Positions 38,983 through 48,814 of a DNA stretch of 64,000 bases are shown here, piece after piece. The notes below the pieces were generated by a model that saw only the letters and a program-made list of their open reading frames with translations, was not told where the DNA came from and ran no database searches. Every line of letters begins with the position of its first letter. The first letter of the stretch is position 1. The stretch is taken from assembly GCA_049513715.1 (NCBI GenBank), contig JBEKVV010000002.1:128001-192000 (forward strand), given 5' to 3'. Origin of the DNA: Candidatus Bathyarchaeia archaeon. GTDB lineage: Archaea > Thermoproteota > Bathyarchaeia > 40CM-2-53-6. Position numbers and translations under genes: made by a program.

Positions 38983-40623
38983 TCACTTGACCGCGGGAAC
39001 GGACACCTTATGGAAGAGTGGTTTGGCTTCACCGATCATGTGGCCCGGTTTCAGGTTCAGTTTTCCTGCGTTCCACCACTTCCCAGATTCTTCGTCTAGG
39101 TTGAGTTGTTTCGTGATTTGCTCTGCGGTTTCAGGCAAGAAAGGTGAAATTAGAATCCCTATTGTGTGGACTAATTGGATGGCAAGATAGAGGGTTGTGG
39201 CTGTCTTCGTTTGGTCTTTCTTTATCAGGTGCCACGGTTCGCGTTCGCTAAGATACTGATTCCCGGTTCTCGCCAGCCCGATTATCGCAGCCAAAGCCAC
39301 CTTCAGTTGGAATTGGTCGAGGAGCGAGTTGACCTTTGTCGGCGTGGCCTCGATCTCTTTCTTGAGGGCTTCGTCCTTCTCGTCAAAGCCGTGAGGCTCG
39401 GGTACTTTCGATTCGAAGGATCTGTTGATGAATGTGAGAGTACGGTGTACGAAGTTCCCAAGCACATCATTCAGTTCGCTGTTCACATGTGCTTCAAAAT
39501 CCCTCCACGTGAAGTTTGCGTCACGCGCTTCGGGTCTTATTGCCATAAGCACATACCTCCAATACTCTCCTGGCGCGACCTTCAATGCGTCATCTATCCA
39601 TACGCCAATTTGCTTGCTCTTCGAGAACTTCTGCCCATCGAATAGTATGAATTCCGTTGAGGATACTTGCCACGGAAGAACATAGTCCTCGTGCGTGGCG
39701 AGTAGAAGCGCGGGAAATATGATCACGTGGAAAGGAATGTTGTCCTTCCCGATGAAATGCACGTTCCTCGTTGCTTTGTCAAACCAAAAATCCTTCCACG
39801 CTTCTGGCTTACCTGATTTCTCAGCCCATTCAATTGAGGCGGAAACATAGCCCAGAACCGCCTCGAGCCAAACGTAAATGGTCTTTCCTTCCGCGCCCGG
39901 AAACGGTGCGGGGATTCCCCATTTATTGTCGCGCGTTAGAGCCCGTGGTTTCAACCCTTCCTCAAGCCATCGAAGGGAGAAATTTCGAGCATTTTCGGGA
40001 AGTTGCTTGTTGTTTTGGACGCTGTCCAACAGTTTGTCCCGGAACTTTGGGAGGTCGAAGAACCAGTGAGTGGACGTCTTCACGGTTGGTGTTGTCCCGC
40101 AGAAAACGCACTTGGAAGTTTTCAACTCAAGGGGATCTAGCACGCGCCCGCAGGAGTCGCATTGGTCTCCTCGGGCTTGCTCGAAACCACAGAAGGGGCA
40201 TGTGCCTTCAACGAACCTGTCCGGAAGAAACCTTTGGTCCTTCTCGCAGTACGGCAGATTCACGTTTTCAGTGTACACGTACCCGTTCTGGTAGGCCTTC
40301 TTGTAGAGGTCTTGAGTGAATCGAATATGGACGGGATTTTCTGTTCGCGTGTAGTTGTCGAACCGTATGTTGTAGGCTTCGAGTAGCCTGCATATCTCGC
40401 TATGAATCCCGTCCGTTAGTTGCTTCGGCGGTATGCCCCTTTTGATGGCTTCCACTTCAATTGGGGTTCCATGCTCATCGGAGCCTGTAACCGCTATAAC
40501 CTGTTCCCCTTTCAAGCGGAGGTACCTGGAGTAGACATCGGCGCTGACAAGATGCAGGAACGTGCCAAGGTGCGGAACAGAGTTAACGTAGGGCCAGGCA
40601 GCGTTTACAATCCATTTTCCCAT
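38983..40623 (-). CDS. metG: Methionine--tRNA ligase
   Basis: PYVN..PHLG, GSDEHG, Zn knuckles, FIGKDNIPFH, KFSKS. Confidence 0.96.
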   Translation of the reverse strand: MGKWIVNAAWPYVNSVPHLGTFLHLVSADVYSRYLRLKGEQVIAVTGSDEHGTPIEVEAIKRGIPPKQLTDGIHSEICRLLEAYNIRFDNYTRTENPVHIRFTQDLYKKAYQNGYVYTENVNLPYCEKDQRFLPDRFVEGTCPFCGFEQARGDQCDSCGRVLDPLELKTSKCVFCGTTPTVKTSTHWFFDLPKFRDKLLDSVQNNKQLPENARNFSLRWLEEGLKPRALTRDNKWGIPAPFPGAEGKTIYVWLEAVLGYVSASIEWAEKSGKPEAWKDFWFDKATRNVHFIGKDNIPFHVIIFPALLLATHEDYVLPWQVSSTEFILFDGQKFSKSKQIGVWIDDALKVAPGEYWRYVLMAIRPEARDANFTWRDFEAHVNSELNDVLGNFVHRTLTFINRSFESKVPEPHGFDEKDEALKKEIEATPTKVNSLLDQFQLKVALAAIIGLARTGNQYLSEREPWHLIKKDQTKTATTLYLAIQLVHTIGILISPFLPETAEQITKQLNLDEESGKWWNAGKLNLKPGHMIGEAKPLFHKVSVPAVK

Positions 40624-40770
40624 CGAAGCTCCCTCCAAGAGGCTGAATCCATAGGTGGAGCCTCCTTGGTTCTATAACGTTGTTCTTGGTTTCGATTGGT
40701 TTCTTCTTTCCAAGCGGAAAAAGGGAACTGACAAATAGGGCCCTGCAAATGCTGTTCTCGGAAATCAAAC

Positions 40771-41181
40771 TTGAGTGTAGATTACGCTAAGCTGCTGGAC
40801 AGAGCATACGAGAAGTTGCCAGCCGTAGTGGGTACTGGGGAGAGATTTGAGATTCCGAAGGTAGTAGGGATCAGGATGGGTAGGCGAACTATCCTCCAAA
40901 ATTTCGGTGAGATAAGCAGCAGAATAAACAGGGACCCACACCACTTGCTGAAATTCCTTTCAAAGGAGCTGGCCACAGCAGCATCATTAGACGGTGCTAG
41001 GGCGATCTTCCAAGGAAGATTCGATGTTCAAACAGTAACACGCCTTTTGGGCATCTACGCGCAACGGTACGTCATATGCCCCATTTGTAGGCGGCCGGAC
41101 ACCAAGATTGAGAAGGAGGGCCGCTATCTGTTTCTTAGATGCGAAGCCTGCGGCGCTAGGTCGTCAATACTCCAAACCTGA
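40771..41181 (+). CDS. eif2b: Translation initiation factor aIF-2 beta
   Basis: ERFEIP, NF, KELAT, CP.C.RPDT, CEACGA. Confidence 0.95.
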   Translation: MSVDYAKLLDRAYEKLPAVVGTGERFEIPKVVGIRMGRRTILQNFGEISSRINRDPHHLLKFLSKELATAASLDGARAIFQGRFDVQTVTRLLGIYAQRYVICPICRRPDTKIEKEGRYLFLRCEACGARSSILQT

Positions 41182-41195
41182 GAAAGTGCAGCCTC

Positions 41196-41495
41196 GTGAG
41201 CGGAGTCTTTCTCCGAGTCTTCAATGGCCCAGACCACACACTCGTTGCAGCATGCGACGCAGAACTGCTGGGGGAGACATTCAAAGAGGGAAAGCTCAAG
41301 CTCGAAGTGAAAGAGGGCTTCTACAAAGGCATCCAGACCAGCATCCCAGACGCTCTTCGCGCCATCGACGAAGCAGACATCGCCAACCTCGTAGGGAAGG
41401 CAATCATTGAAGCTGCCGTAAGGGAGAGACTGGTTGACCCATCCGCAGTTGCCCATATCGGCGGCGTTCCACACGTGCAGATCGTTCGAATGTGA
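41196..41495 (+). CDS. DUF424 family protein
   Basis: VAACD.ELLG, FYKG, ANLVG, GVPH.Q. Confidence 0.9.
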   Translation: MSGVFLRVFNGPDHTLVAACDAELLGETFKEGKLKLEVKEGFYKGIQTSIPDALRAIDEADIANLVGKAIIEAAVRERLVDPSAVAHIGGVPHVQIVRM

Positions 41496-41570
41496 CCAGA
41501 TGCCGTATCCAATCTACTACGCTTATTTACTCTAACCCAATATTCAGCGTAACTTAACGTCGGTGAAAGA

Positions 41571-41876
41571 TTGGGGAAGAAGAAGGTTCTGAGTGAGGGC
41601 GACCTCCGAGAGATGGTTATGCCTGGCGAGGGGCAGATGCTGGGGATTGTAACTCAAATGCTCGGATACGACCGGCTCATGGTCAAATGTGGCGACGGTC
41701 ACGAAAGGGTTTGCCGGATCAGGGGTAAGATGAAACGTCGGGTCTGGATCAAGATTGGGGATGTTGTTTTGATGGCTCCATGGGACTTCCAAACAGACAG
41801 CAGAGGAGATATTCTTTGGCGATATACGGAAAGCCAGGCAAACTGGCTTCGCAGCAAAGGGCAACTCGCGGTCTAG
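41571..41876 (+). CDS. eif1a: Translation initiation factor aIF-1A
   Basis: RIRGKMKRRVWI..GDVV...PWDFQ, WRY. Confidence 0.96.
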   Translation: MGKKKVLSEGDLREMVMPGEGQMLGIVTQMLGYDRLMVKCGDGHERVCRIRGKMKRRVWIKIGDVVLMAPWDFQTDSRGDILWRYTESQANWLRSKGQLAV

Positions 41877-41899
41877 CAATCTGTCAATGACTTCGAGGG

Positions 41900-42706
41900 T
41901 TGGTTAAAGTGGAGTCCACAGCTGAGCGGAAGCTACGTAGAAAGGTAGTTCACTACGAAGTCAAACGATTGATGAGGGAAAAACGCAGCGAGGAAATGGA
42001 ATCCCTTGAGGAAGTCTTCGACCGGTCAACCTTGATGATTGTCTACCGTCTCCTAAACCGTGGCTACATCAAGAACATCAATGGAGTCGTGCGGTCGGGG
42101 AAAGAGGCTAGGATATACTGGGGAATGGGCCGTCGACACAAACTAGTAGCGATAAAGATTTTCTTAACTACGTCCCACCAGTTCAAGAAGGGCAGAATGA
42201 TGTACATTCAGGGAGACCAAAGGTTCAGGAGCACAAGGAAGGATACGCGGTCCCTTGTGAACCTCTGGGCATTGAAAGAATTCAGGAATCTTCAACAGGC
42301 TCAGTATGCGAAGGTTAACGTGCCGGTTCCCCTGAAGGTCGAAGGAAACGTTCTGTTGATGGGGTTCATTGGTAGAAATGGAGTTCCCGCCCCGCTCTTG
42401 AGGGAATCCCCACTGGACCATCCGGGTAGGGTTTATGACAAGATTGCCGAATCTATCAAGAAACTCTATCAGAAGGCACACCTAGTCCACGGTGACCTAA
42501 GTGAGTACAACATCATGATGGTTGATTCGGACCCACTCTTCTTCGACTTCGCGCAAGCTGTTCCCCCAGAGCATCCCATGGCACGGCAGTTCCTCGAAAG
42601 AGACCTCATCCGAATGAACGAGTATTTCACGAAAATTGGTGTGACGGTTGTTCCGATGGAGAGACTGGTTCCTTGGGTGACTGGTGAAGATGGAAACGAA
42701 AGTTAG
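41900..42706 (+). CDS. rio1: RIO1 serine kinase
   Basis: SGKEA, WA.KEFRNL, VHGDLSEYNI, DFAQAV. Confidence 0.94.
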   Translation: MVKVESTAERKLRRKVVHYEVKRLMREKRSEEMESLEEVFDRSTLMIVYRLLNRGYIKNINGVVRSGKEARIYWGMGRRHKLVAIKIFLTTSHQFKKGRMMYIQGDQRFRSTRKDTRSLVNLWALKEFRNLQQAQYAKVNVPVPLKVEGNVLLMGFIGRNGVPAPLLRESPLDHPGRVYDKIAESIKKLYQKAHLVHGDLSEYNIMMVDSDPLFFDFAQAVPPEHPMARQFLERDLIRMNEYFTKIGVTVVPMERLVPWVTGEDGNES

Positions 42707-43262
42707 CGCCATGATCCCCCTTGAACGACTAGGGGTACTGATCGGAAAGGAAGGTTCAACGAAAAGCAAAATCGAGCACGCCTTCAACTCACATCTCCAA
42801 GTCCAGAGCGAGAGCGGCGTCGTAGACATAGTCCCGAAAGAGAATTCCGAAGACCCAACCACAGTCCTACGAGCAAGAGACGTGGTGCTCGCAATCGCAC
42901 GCGGTTTCTCACCTGAACGAGCGTTGAAACTCGTGGACGACGACATCGTTCTGGACATCATCGACCTTCGGGAAACGTTTGGGAGAAACGAACGCGACAT
43001 CGCTCGCCTGAAGGGTCGAGTGATTGGGCGCGAAGGAAAGATTCGCAGGTTAATAGAAGAGATGACTAGTGCGCGGGTCTCGGTTTATGGCCACACGATC
43101 TCAATGATCGGCGTCTATGAGGACGTCACTGCCGCGAGGGAAGCAATAGAAATGTTGCTCAAGGGCAAACAACATTCCACCGTGTACAAACTCCTTAGAA
43201 AGATAAAAAGCGAAAGCAAAAAGCGAGAAACCCTTGAACTCTGGCAGAAACCACCAACATGA
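42690..43262 (+). CDS. KH-domain ribosome biogenesis protein (Dim2/Pno1)
   Basis: LIGKEG, AIARGFS, KGRVIG.EGK, H.TVY. Confidence 0.92.
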   Translation: METKVSAMIPLERLGVLIGKEGSTKSKIEHAFNSHLQVQSESGVVDIVPKENSEDPTTVLRARDVVLAIARGFSPERALKLVDDDIVLDIIDLRETFGRNERDIARLKGRVIGREGKIRRLIEEMTSARVSVYGHTISMIGVYEDVTAAREAIEMLLKGKQHSTVYKLLRKIKSESKKRETLELWQKPPT

Positions 43263-43319
43263 CAGTCAGCAACCACCATCAGCTTTATTCCAGATGCCCG
43301 AGAATGTAGGCGAACCCTG

Positions 43320-44870
43320 ATGTCCCTTCAAGAAGTATTCCAAGAAATATCCGCGGCAGACTTCTTCTACCGAAACAGGGACATTGCCGGATTCACAAAC
43401 CCATCCAGAGCGATTTACTCCACCATTCGTGAACTCGTTGAGAATTCTTTAGACGCCTGCGAACTTCGACAGATACCCCCGGACATCTACCTGCGCGTCG
43501 CCCATGAAGCTGGTCCAACGGACGGCCCGGGAACTTACAGAATTCACATCGAGGACAATGGGATAGGAATCCCACACGATATCATACCCTCAGCATTCGG
43601 CCAAGTCCTTTTCGGCTCGAAGTACAAACTCCGTCAGACCCGAGGGACATTCGGCTTGGGCGGAAAGATGGCCATCCTCTATGGTCAGATTACAACTCAT
43701 GGAATTGCAACAATAATGTCCAGCACAGGGCACACAAAGATCCACCAATACGACTTGACAATCGACATTCAGAAGAACAAACCCGACATAATCAGACACA
43801 AAACACACCCGAACGAAAACCGCTGGCACGGAACTGTCATTGAATTCTCCACTGAGGCCGATTACACGCGGGCGATGTCCAAGATTCTCGATTACTTGAT
43901 GGAAACCGCGATCGTGGCTCCTTATGCAACAATAACCTACGTTGACCCCAGGGGTAGGTTGTACAGGTTCGAGCGGGCCACGACCCAAATGCCGAAACCA
44001 CCGCATGAAACCCTGCCCCACCCGTATGGGGTAGATGTTGAAACAATGAAACGGCTCATCGACCTAACGCAAGAGCGCACCATGGTCGGGTTCATGAAAA
44101 CACACTTTCACCGGGTTGGAAGAACGATTGCCACCGCTTTCCTGCAACAGGTCGAAGTTGCCGGCAAGAAGAACCCGAAGAAGCTAGAACCGGAAGAAAT
44201 CGTCCGCATCGTAAACGCGATGAAAAGCTACAAGTTTCTGGCTCCAGACGCGAGCTGTCTATCACCGCTCGGTGAGGAATTGCTTGAGGCTGGGATAAAG
44301 AAAGAACTCTCACCGGAATTCGTGGCTGTTTATCAAAGGAAACCATCTGCCTACGCGGGTTTTCCGTTCATTGTGGAGGTGGGAGTAGCCTACGGAGGAC
44401 AAATCCAGGCCGGAACAGGCATTAAGCTCTATAGGTTCGCGAACAAAATCCCGCTTCTCTTTGATGAGGCAAGTGATGTCTCATGGAAGGTTGTCAGCAC
44501 TGAGATTGACTGGCGGCATTACAAGGCCAGCGCCGACATGCCAATCGCGGTCTTCGTTCACATTTGCTCTACGAAGGTTCCCTACAAGACTGTGGGGAAG
44601 GAGTTCATAGCCGACAGGCCAGACGTTGAGCGAGAGGTCCTTAACGCCGTTCGCGAGGTCGCGCGCCGCCTCTCACTTTTCCTATCCAAGAAAATTCACT
44701 TGGCGCACGACAAGCATAGGCTTGATGTTTTCCAGAAATACCTCCCGAAAATAGCCGAATTCTCCGCCAAACTCTCCAAGAAGGGTAAGCCGCCTGATGT
44801 GTCACCGTTACTGAGGAGTGTGTTAAGGTATGAAAAAGAAGAAGACGAAGACAAGCAAGACACAGAGTAG
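43320..44870 (+). CDS. top6B: DNA topoisomerase VI subunit B
   Basis: RELVENSLDA, EDNG.G, RG.FGLG, RFANKIPLL, STKVPY. Confidence 0.96.
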   Translation: MSLQEVFQEISAADFFYRNRDIAGFTNPSRAIYSTIRELVENSLDACELRQIPPDIYLRVAHEAGPTDGPGTYRIHIEDNGIGIPHDIIPSAFGQVLFGSKYKLRQTRGTFGLGGKMAILYGQITTHGIATIMSSTGHTKIHQYDLTIDIQKNKPDIIRHKTHPNENRWHGTVIEFSTEADYTRAMSKILDYLMETAIVAPYATITYVDPRGRLYRFERATTQMPKPPHETLPHPYGVDVETMKRLIDLTQERTMVGFMKTHFHRVGRTIATAFLQQVEVAGKKNPKKLEPEEIVRIVNAMKSYKFLAPDASCLSPLGEELLEAGIKKELSPEFVAVYQRKPSAYAGFPFIVEVGVAYGGQIQAGTGIKLYRFANKIPLLFDEASDVSWKVVSTEIDWRHYKASADMPIAVFVHICSTKVPYKTVGKEFIADRPDVEREVLNAVREVARRLSLFLSKKIHLAHDKHRLDVFQKYLPKIAEFSAKLSKKGKPPDVSPLLRSVLRYEKEEDEDKQDTE

Positions 44871-45936
44871 AGTCAAGCAAAGACAGCAACTAGTGCTGTC
44901 TAGCCTAAGAAACCTCGGAGAGGAATGGTATTCCCAACTTACCCATAAGCAATGGCCCTGGGTACGTATGCCCAGCCGTTCGATAAACAACATCCGCTAT
45001 GACCAGAAGGTTAGACAGTATGTACTCGGGGAGAACTACGTTCGACGGAGCGCCCGAAACATCAGGCACATACGCCCCTTGACGCAACTGGTCTGGACCG
45101 GGTCATTCGTGGACGAACTAACACAGCAGGGGAAGACTTCCACTCTGCGAGACGTGTTCTACTCAGCGCAGGCATATGACATGAGCTTCGCGGATCAGGC
45201 TGAGAGCGACGACATTATCACGGACTTGGAGACGGTGCTGGGTTATGCCCGAGAGGACTTCAATGTGTACCCGGAAGAGCGCAGTGCAATTTTCGGCGAC
45301 TTAACGATCCAATACACGGTTCGAGGTTATGAAGGGAAAAGGCTCAACCTCGCTTCCCACCCTGATGGCATGATGATTGGCCCCGCATTGACGAACTCGG
45401 AATTCGTGGATTGCAAAGCCGACAAGATCATTGCCATAGAGAAAGGCGGCCTGTTCACGCGTTTCATTGAGGAGGGGGTTCACGAGAAGTACAAGGCCCT
45501 ACTGATTCACACTGCTGGCCAAGCGCCTCGTGCAACTAGGGCGTTGATCAGAAGAATGAGCCAAGAGCTGAAAATACCCGTCTACATATTTTGCGACGCC
45601 GACCCATGGGGCATGCACATCGCAAACGTTATAATTTCCGGCTCAGCCAACGCGGCACACCTGCGAGAACTGAACACGCCCGACGCGAAATGGGCGGGGG
45701 TTTATGCATCGGACATCGTCGACTACAAACTCCCTAGCGACCCGCTGACTGACCTTGACATAAAGAGACTCTATGAGCTCCAGAAGGATCCAAGGTACAA
45801 TTCACAACTCTGGAAGGACGAGATTGACACATTCCTCAAAGTCAAACGCAAATCCGAGCAAGAAGCTTTCAGCCGATACGGTCTCGCATTCATAGTGGAC
45901 AAGTACTTGCCCGCAAGGTTGAAAGAGCTAGGCTGA
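44830..45936 (+). CDS. top6A: DNA topoisomerase VI subunit A
   Basis: STLRDVFY, IEKGG, D.DPWG, K.EQEA. Confidence 0.96.
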   Translation: MKKKKTKTSKTQSRVKQRQQLVLSSLRNLGEEWYSQLTHKQWPWVRMPSRSINNIRYDQKVRQYVLGENYVRRSARNIRHIRPLTQLVWTGSFVDELTQQGKTSTLRDVFYSAQAYDMSFADQAESDDIITDLETVLGYAREDFNVYPEERSAIFGDLTIQYTVRGYEGKRLNLASHPDGMMIGPALTNSEFVDCKADKIIAIEKGGLFTRFIEEGVHEKYKALLIHTAGQAPRATRALIRRMSQELKIPVYIFCDADPWGMHIANVIISGSANAAHLRELNTPDAKWAGVYASDIVDYKLPSDPLTDLDIKRLYELQKDPRYNSQLWKDEIDTFLKVKRKSEQEAFSRYGLAFIVDKYLPARLKELG

Positions 45937-45957
45937 GACGAAACATCCCTCGTCTGG

Positions 45958-46995
45958 TCAAGGGTTGCCGTCCGGGCCCGTATCAATGAGGCTCCCATCA
46001 TCAGAGACTTTGTAAGGCCTCCAAGTGCTGAGATGCTTCGCGCCAACCATCTTAAGCACTCGTAGCGATCGCTCAGCGCCACTCTGAGTTTCTTCCATCT
46101 TCAGCTCAATCACCCCTTCAGCGACGTCTTGAGCCGACGCGACAACTGCTGGATGGAACGCCTTCCTGTTCATGGTCAGGAGGCTTAGGCACTTCGCTTG
46201 GCGGCTACGGGCGACGAGGACGCGGAGGAATTCAATAGCTGAGTGGCCACCCCTCTTCCGAATTAGAGTGTTGAAAGAGTCGATTACGATCATTGAGATT
46301 GCTCTCTTGCTCATTATGTCGGAGAGGGCGATGTTGATTCCCGTGAGGTTGTCGGGCTCAACTGCTTGCTCTTCCTCGCTTTCAACACCAACCGTCCTCG
46401 AGTAGCAGTCCACGAAGAATAACGATCCCCAACCTGGGGTGTCCTTAGACATATAGAATTGGAAAGATTGGCGAACGTTGGCTGGGAAATTATCTAGAGT
46501 AACGTACGCAATCGACTTCCCCGCTTCCATTTGTTGGGCTACGAAATGCGCCAATAGATGTTCCTCCCCTGCCCCCGGGTCGCTAAGAATCAAGATCGTG
46601 TTCACAGATGGTAATCCGTCTGGAAGCACGTCGTCCAATATCTTAAGTCCAGTTGGCATCTTAGGAATTTGAACAGCCGATGCCTTTGAGGCCTCTGCTT
46701 GGATGCTCTCTGGAAGTTCTCCGAGTGCTAGTTGTTTTGATATGGCGTCTTGGATTTCCTTATCCCTGTCTACCCCGAAAGAAAAGACTTCGACTTTTCT
46801 CAGGATACCGAGTTCTACTAGGTCCTCTAGCTCTCGTTGGGCCTCGGTGGCGTTTCGCCCAATTCTCTTAGCAAGTCCCTCCGAGGTATCGGCCAGGTGC
46901 GCGTTATTATGGAATAGCGTCAACAGATCTGCTTTCACGTCTGAATCCAATAACCGCTCGAAGAGTTTCATTGAGCGCTTCATGTCAGGCAGCAC
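45958..46995 (-). CDS. wHTH fused to a KaiC/RAD55-like domain with degenerate Walker A
   Basis: N-terminal HTH (LAKRIGR...LEDLVELG); TG...LD, DPGAGEE, DCYS, IDS, GVIEL, RSLRVLKM. Confidence 0.85.
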   Translation of the reverse strand: MLPDMKRSMKLFERLLDSDVKADLLTLFHNNAHLADTSEGLAKRIGRNATEAQRELEDLVELGILRKVEVFSFGVDRDKEIQDAISKQLALGELPESIQAEASKASAVQIPKMPTGLKILDDVLPDGLPSVNTILILSDPGAGEEHLLAHFVAQQMEAGKSIAYVTLDNFPANVRQSFQFYMSKDTPGWGSLFFVDCYSRTVGVESEEEQAVEPDNLTGINIALSDIMSKRAISMIVIDSFNTLIRKRGGHSAIEFLRVLVARSRQAKCLSLLTMNRKAFHPAVVASAQDVAEGVIELKMEETQSGAERSLRVLKMVGAKHLSTWRPYKVSDDGSLIDTGPDGNP

Positions 46996-47157
46996 CTAGC
47001 TTAAGATTGACAGGCTATCTATGGGAAGCAAGAGGCTCTTTTCGAGTTACTTTAATCTGATGGGCGACGTGAAGTCGCGGGTACGCGTTTGAGGCCAAAC
47101 AGGCGGCCGCAACGTGCGGTTCTGAATATGTTCTGTTGCACCCGAAGCGGTTCTGGG

Positions 47158-47880
47158 CTAGAAACGGATCTGCCTCAGGGTTCTGTATATTCCGGCGGCT
47201 ATAAATGTAGAAACTGCAACGATTGTAAATCGCTCCGTGGGGTAGAGCCAGAATATTACGCGCCAGACCTGTTGAAATGCATTTGGGTCAATTCCACCGA
47301 CATACCCCGCCGCGATTTCGTACAGCAAGCCACCTGTGAGATGTTGGGCCATTGTGCCCACGAACGCGAGAAGGGCTATCGAAACTAGTTGATACGACTC
47401 AGTTCGCCTCAGCCAAATCGGAATCTTAGATGCAAGAGGGGAAATCAGAATGATGAATGCGAGAATATGCAGCCATGTGTACGGTATCCGGACGTAGGCA
47501 AAGAGTAAGCTGTAAGGGCTCAAAAGAAAGACAGCTAAAAGGATACCAAATATTGCCCGCGCTGTTTGCCGTTTGTTTGATAGAATGGACCCTAGGATTA
47601 TTACGTCGACCGCCCCAGGTAGAAAATCCAGCCCGAAGAATGTCGGCGGTCTGACTCCATAAGCAAGAACCGTTCCAATGATCACGGAGAGGGCGCCGGC
47701 CCATGGCCCTGCGACAAGTGCTATGGCCGGGAGCATGAAGTCGCCCGCTGTGAACCGTGACGGAAAACCAACCATTTCGAATGTTGGGATGCTTCTCAAA
47801 ACGAAGTAGACCGCGGCAAATACTGCGGCCATTGTGATTTGACGTGTTCTCGACTTGGGGGTCAGCATGACATCGGCCAA
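47158..47880 (-). CDS. ECF-transporter S-component-like membrane protein
   Basis: AVFAA, GP..G, multiple TM helices, YPTER. Confidence 0.7.
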   Translation of the reverse strand: MADVMLTPKSRTRQITMAAVFAAVYFVLRSIPTFEMVGFPSRFTAGDFMLPAIALVAGPWAGALSVIIGTVLAYGVRPPTFFGLDFLPGAVDVIILGSILSNKRQTARAIFGILLAVFLLSPYSLLFAYVRIPYTWLHILAFIILISPLASKIPIWLRRTESYQLVSIALLAFVGTMAQHLTGGLLYEIAAGYVGGIDPNAFQQVWRVIFWLYPTERFTIVAVSTFIAAGIYRTLRQIRF

Positions 47881-47890
47881 CGAGGCGGTC

Positions 47891-48754
47891 TTAATCCAAG
47901 CTTCCTACTGCGTCAGCAAACGCCTCATAACTCTTAGTATTCGCATTGGGCCCTAAAGAAGCAATGAAGTAAGCCGTCCGGGGATCGGTTTTGCCGGCCA
48001 GCTCCGCCCTAAACCTTTGAACAATGATCGGATAAGTCTCCTTGCTTTGAGGTGTTAGTGAACCAGTCCAAGAGTAGATGATTTCATTTTGATCCCTGCC
48101 GATTCGTCTGCATTGGTCGGACAAATAGTTGACCCGTTCCTTAGCCTCTGCTTGATTCAAATTCCAGTAATTCCACCCATCAGCTAACTCAGCGACTACA
48201 TCGAGGATTCTCTGATGTTTTCCTCCGACCCAGACGGGTGGGCCAGGCTTTTGCAGTGGTTTGGGCAGATTGATTGCTCCGGATATCCTGTAGTACTCTC
48301 CCTCGTAGAATACTGGTTCCTGTGTCCACATGGCCTTCAACACCAAAATAGTCTCTCTCAGACGCCCCACTCTTTCCTCGATGCCGTGGAATTTGTAGCC
48401 GTGCGAGGTCAGCTCGACTCGGCTTAGCCTGTCACCGGTGCCGAGACCGACGATTAACCTGCCGTTGCTGATTCTATCCACCGTGCTGGTCATCTTGGCA
48501 AATAGTGCTGGGTTTCGAAGATTCACATTCGTGACAAGGCTGCCCACCTTTATCTCCTCGGTGAGCTCCGCAATAGCTCCTAGAACCGTCCATCCTTCAA
48601 GACATTGTTTTGATTTGATCCAGAACGGAGCTAGGTGATCGTAAACCCAAACGCTGTCGAAACCGAGCTCCTCACAAGCCCTGGCAGTTTCGACTAACTG
48701 GTCGAAGTTGTCGGTTTCTTGCGGGAGTTGACAACCATACTTCAGTCTAGTCAA
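47891..48754 (-). CDS. LLM-class (F420-dependent-like) oxidoreductase
   Basis: GFDSVWVYDH, RNPA..AK, S.GRL..G.G.G, P.P.Q..PPVWVGG. Confidence 0.92.
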   Translation of the reverse strand: MTRLKYGCQLPQETDNFDQLVETARACEELGFDSVWVYDHLAPFWIKSKQCLEGWTVLGAIAELTEEIKVGSLVTNVNLRNPALFAKMTSTVDRISNGRLIVGLGTGDRLSRVELTSHGYKFHGIEERVGRLRETILVLKAMWTQEPVFYEGEYYRISGAINLPKPLQKPGPPVWVGGKHQRILDVVAELADGWNYWNLNQAEAKERVNYLSDQCRRIGRDQNEIIYSWTGSLTPQSKETYPIIVQRFRAELAGKTDPRTAYFIASLGPNANTKSYEAFADAVGSLD

Positions 48755-48814
48755 CTAGCATAGCCCTGGAGAGCATTTCGCAACCTGTAGTTCTTGTTGC
48801 TATGGGGTTCTTGC

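Noticed and set aside
40771..45936. aIF2b-DUF424-aIF1A-RIO1-Dim2-top6 cluster as novel
   Set aside because: This is a well-known conserved archaeal gene neighbourhood.
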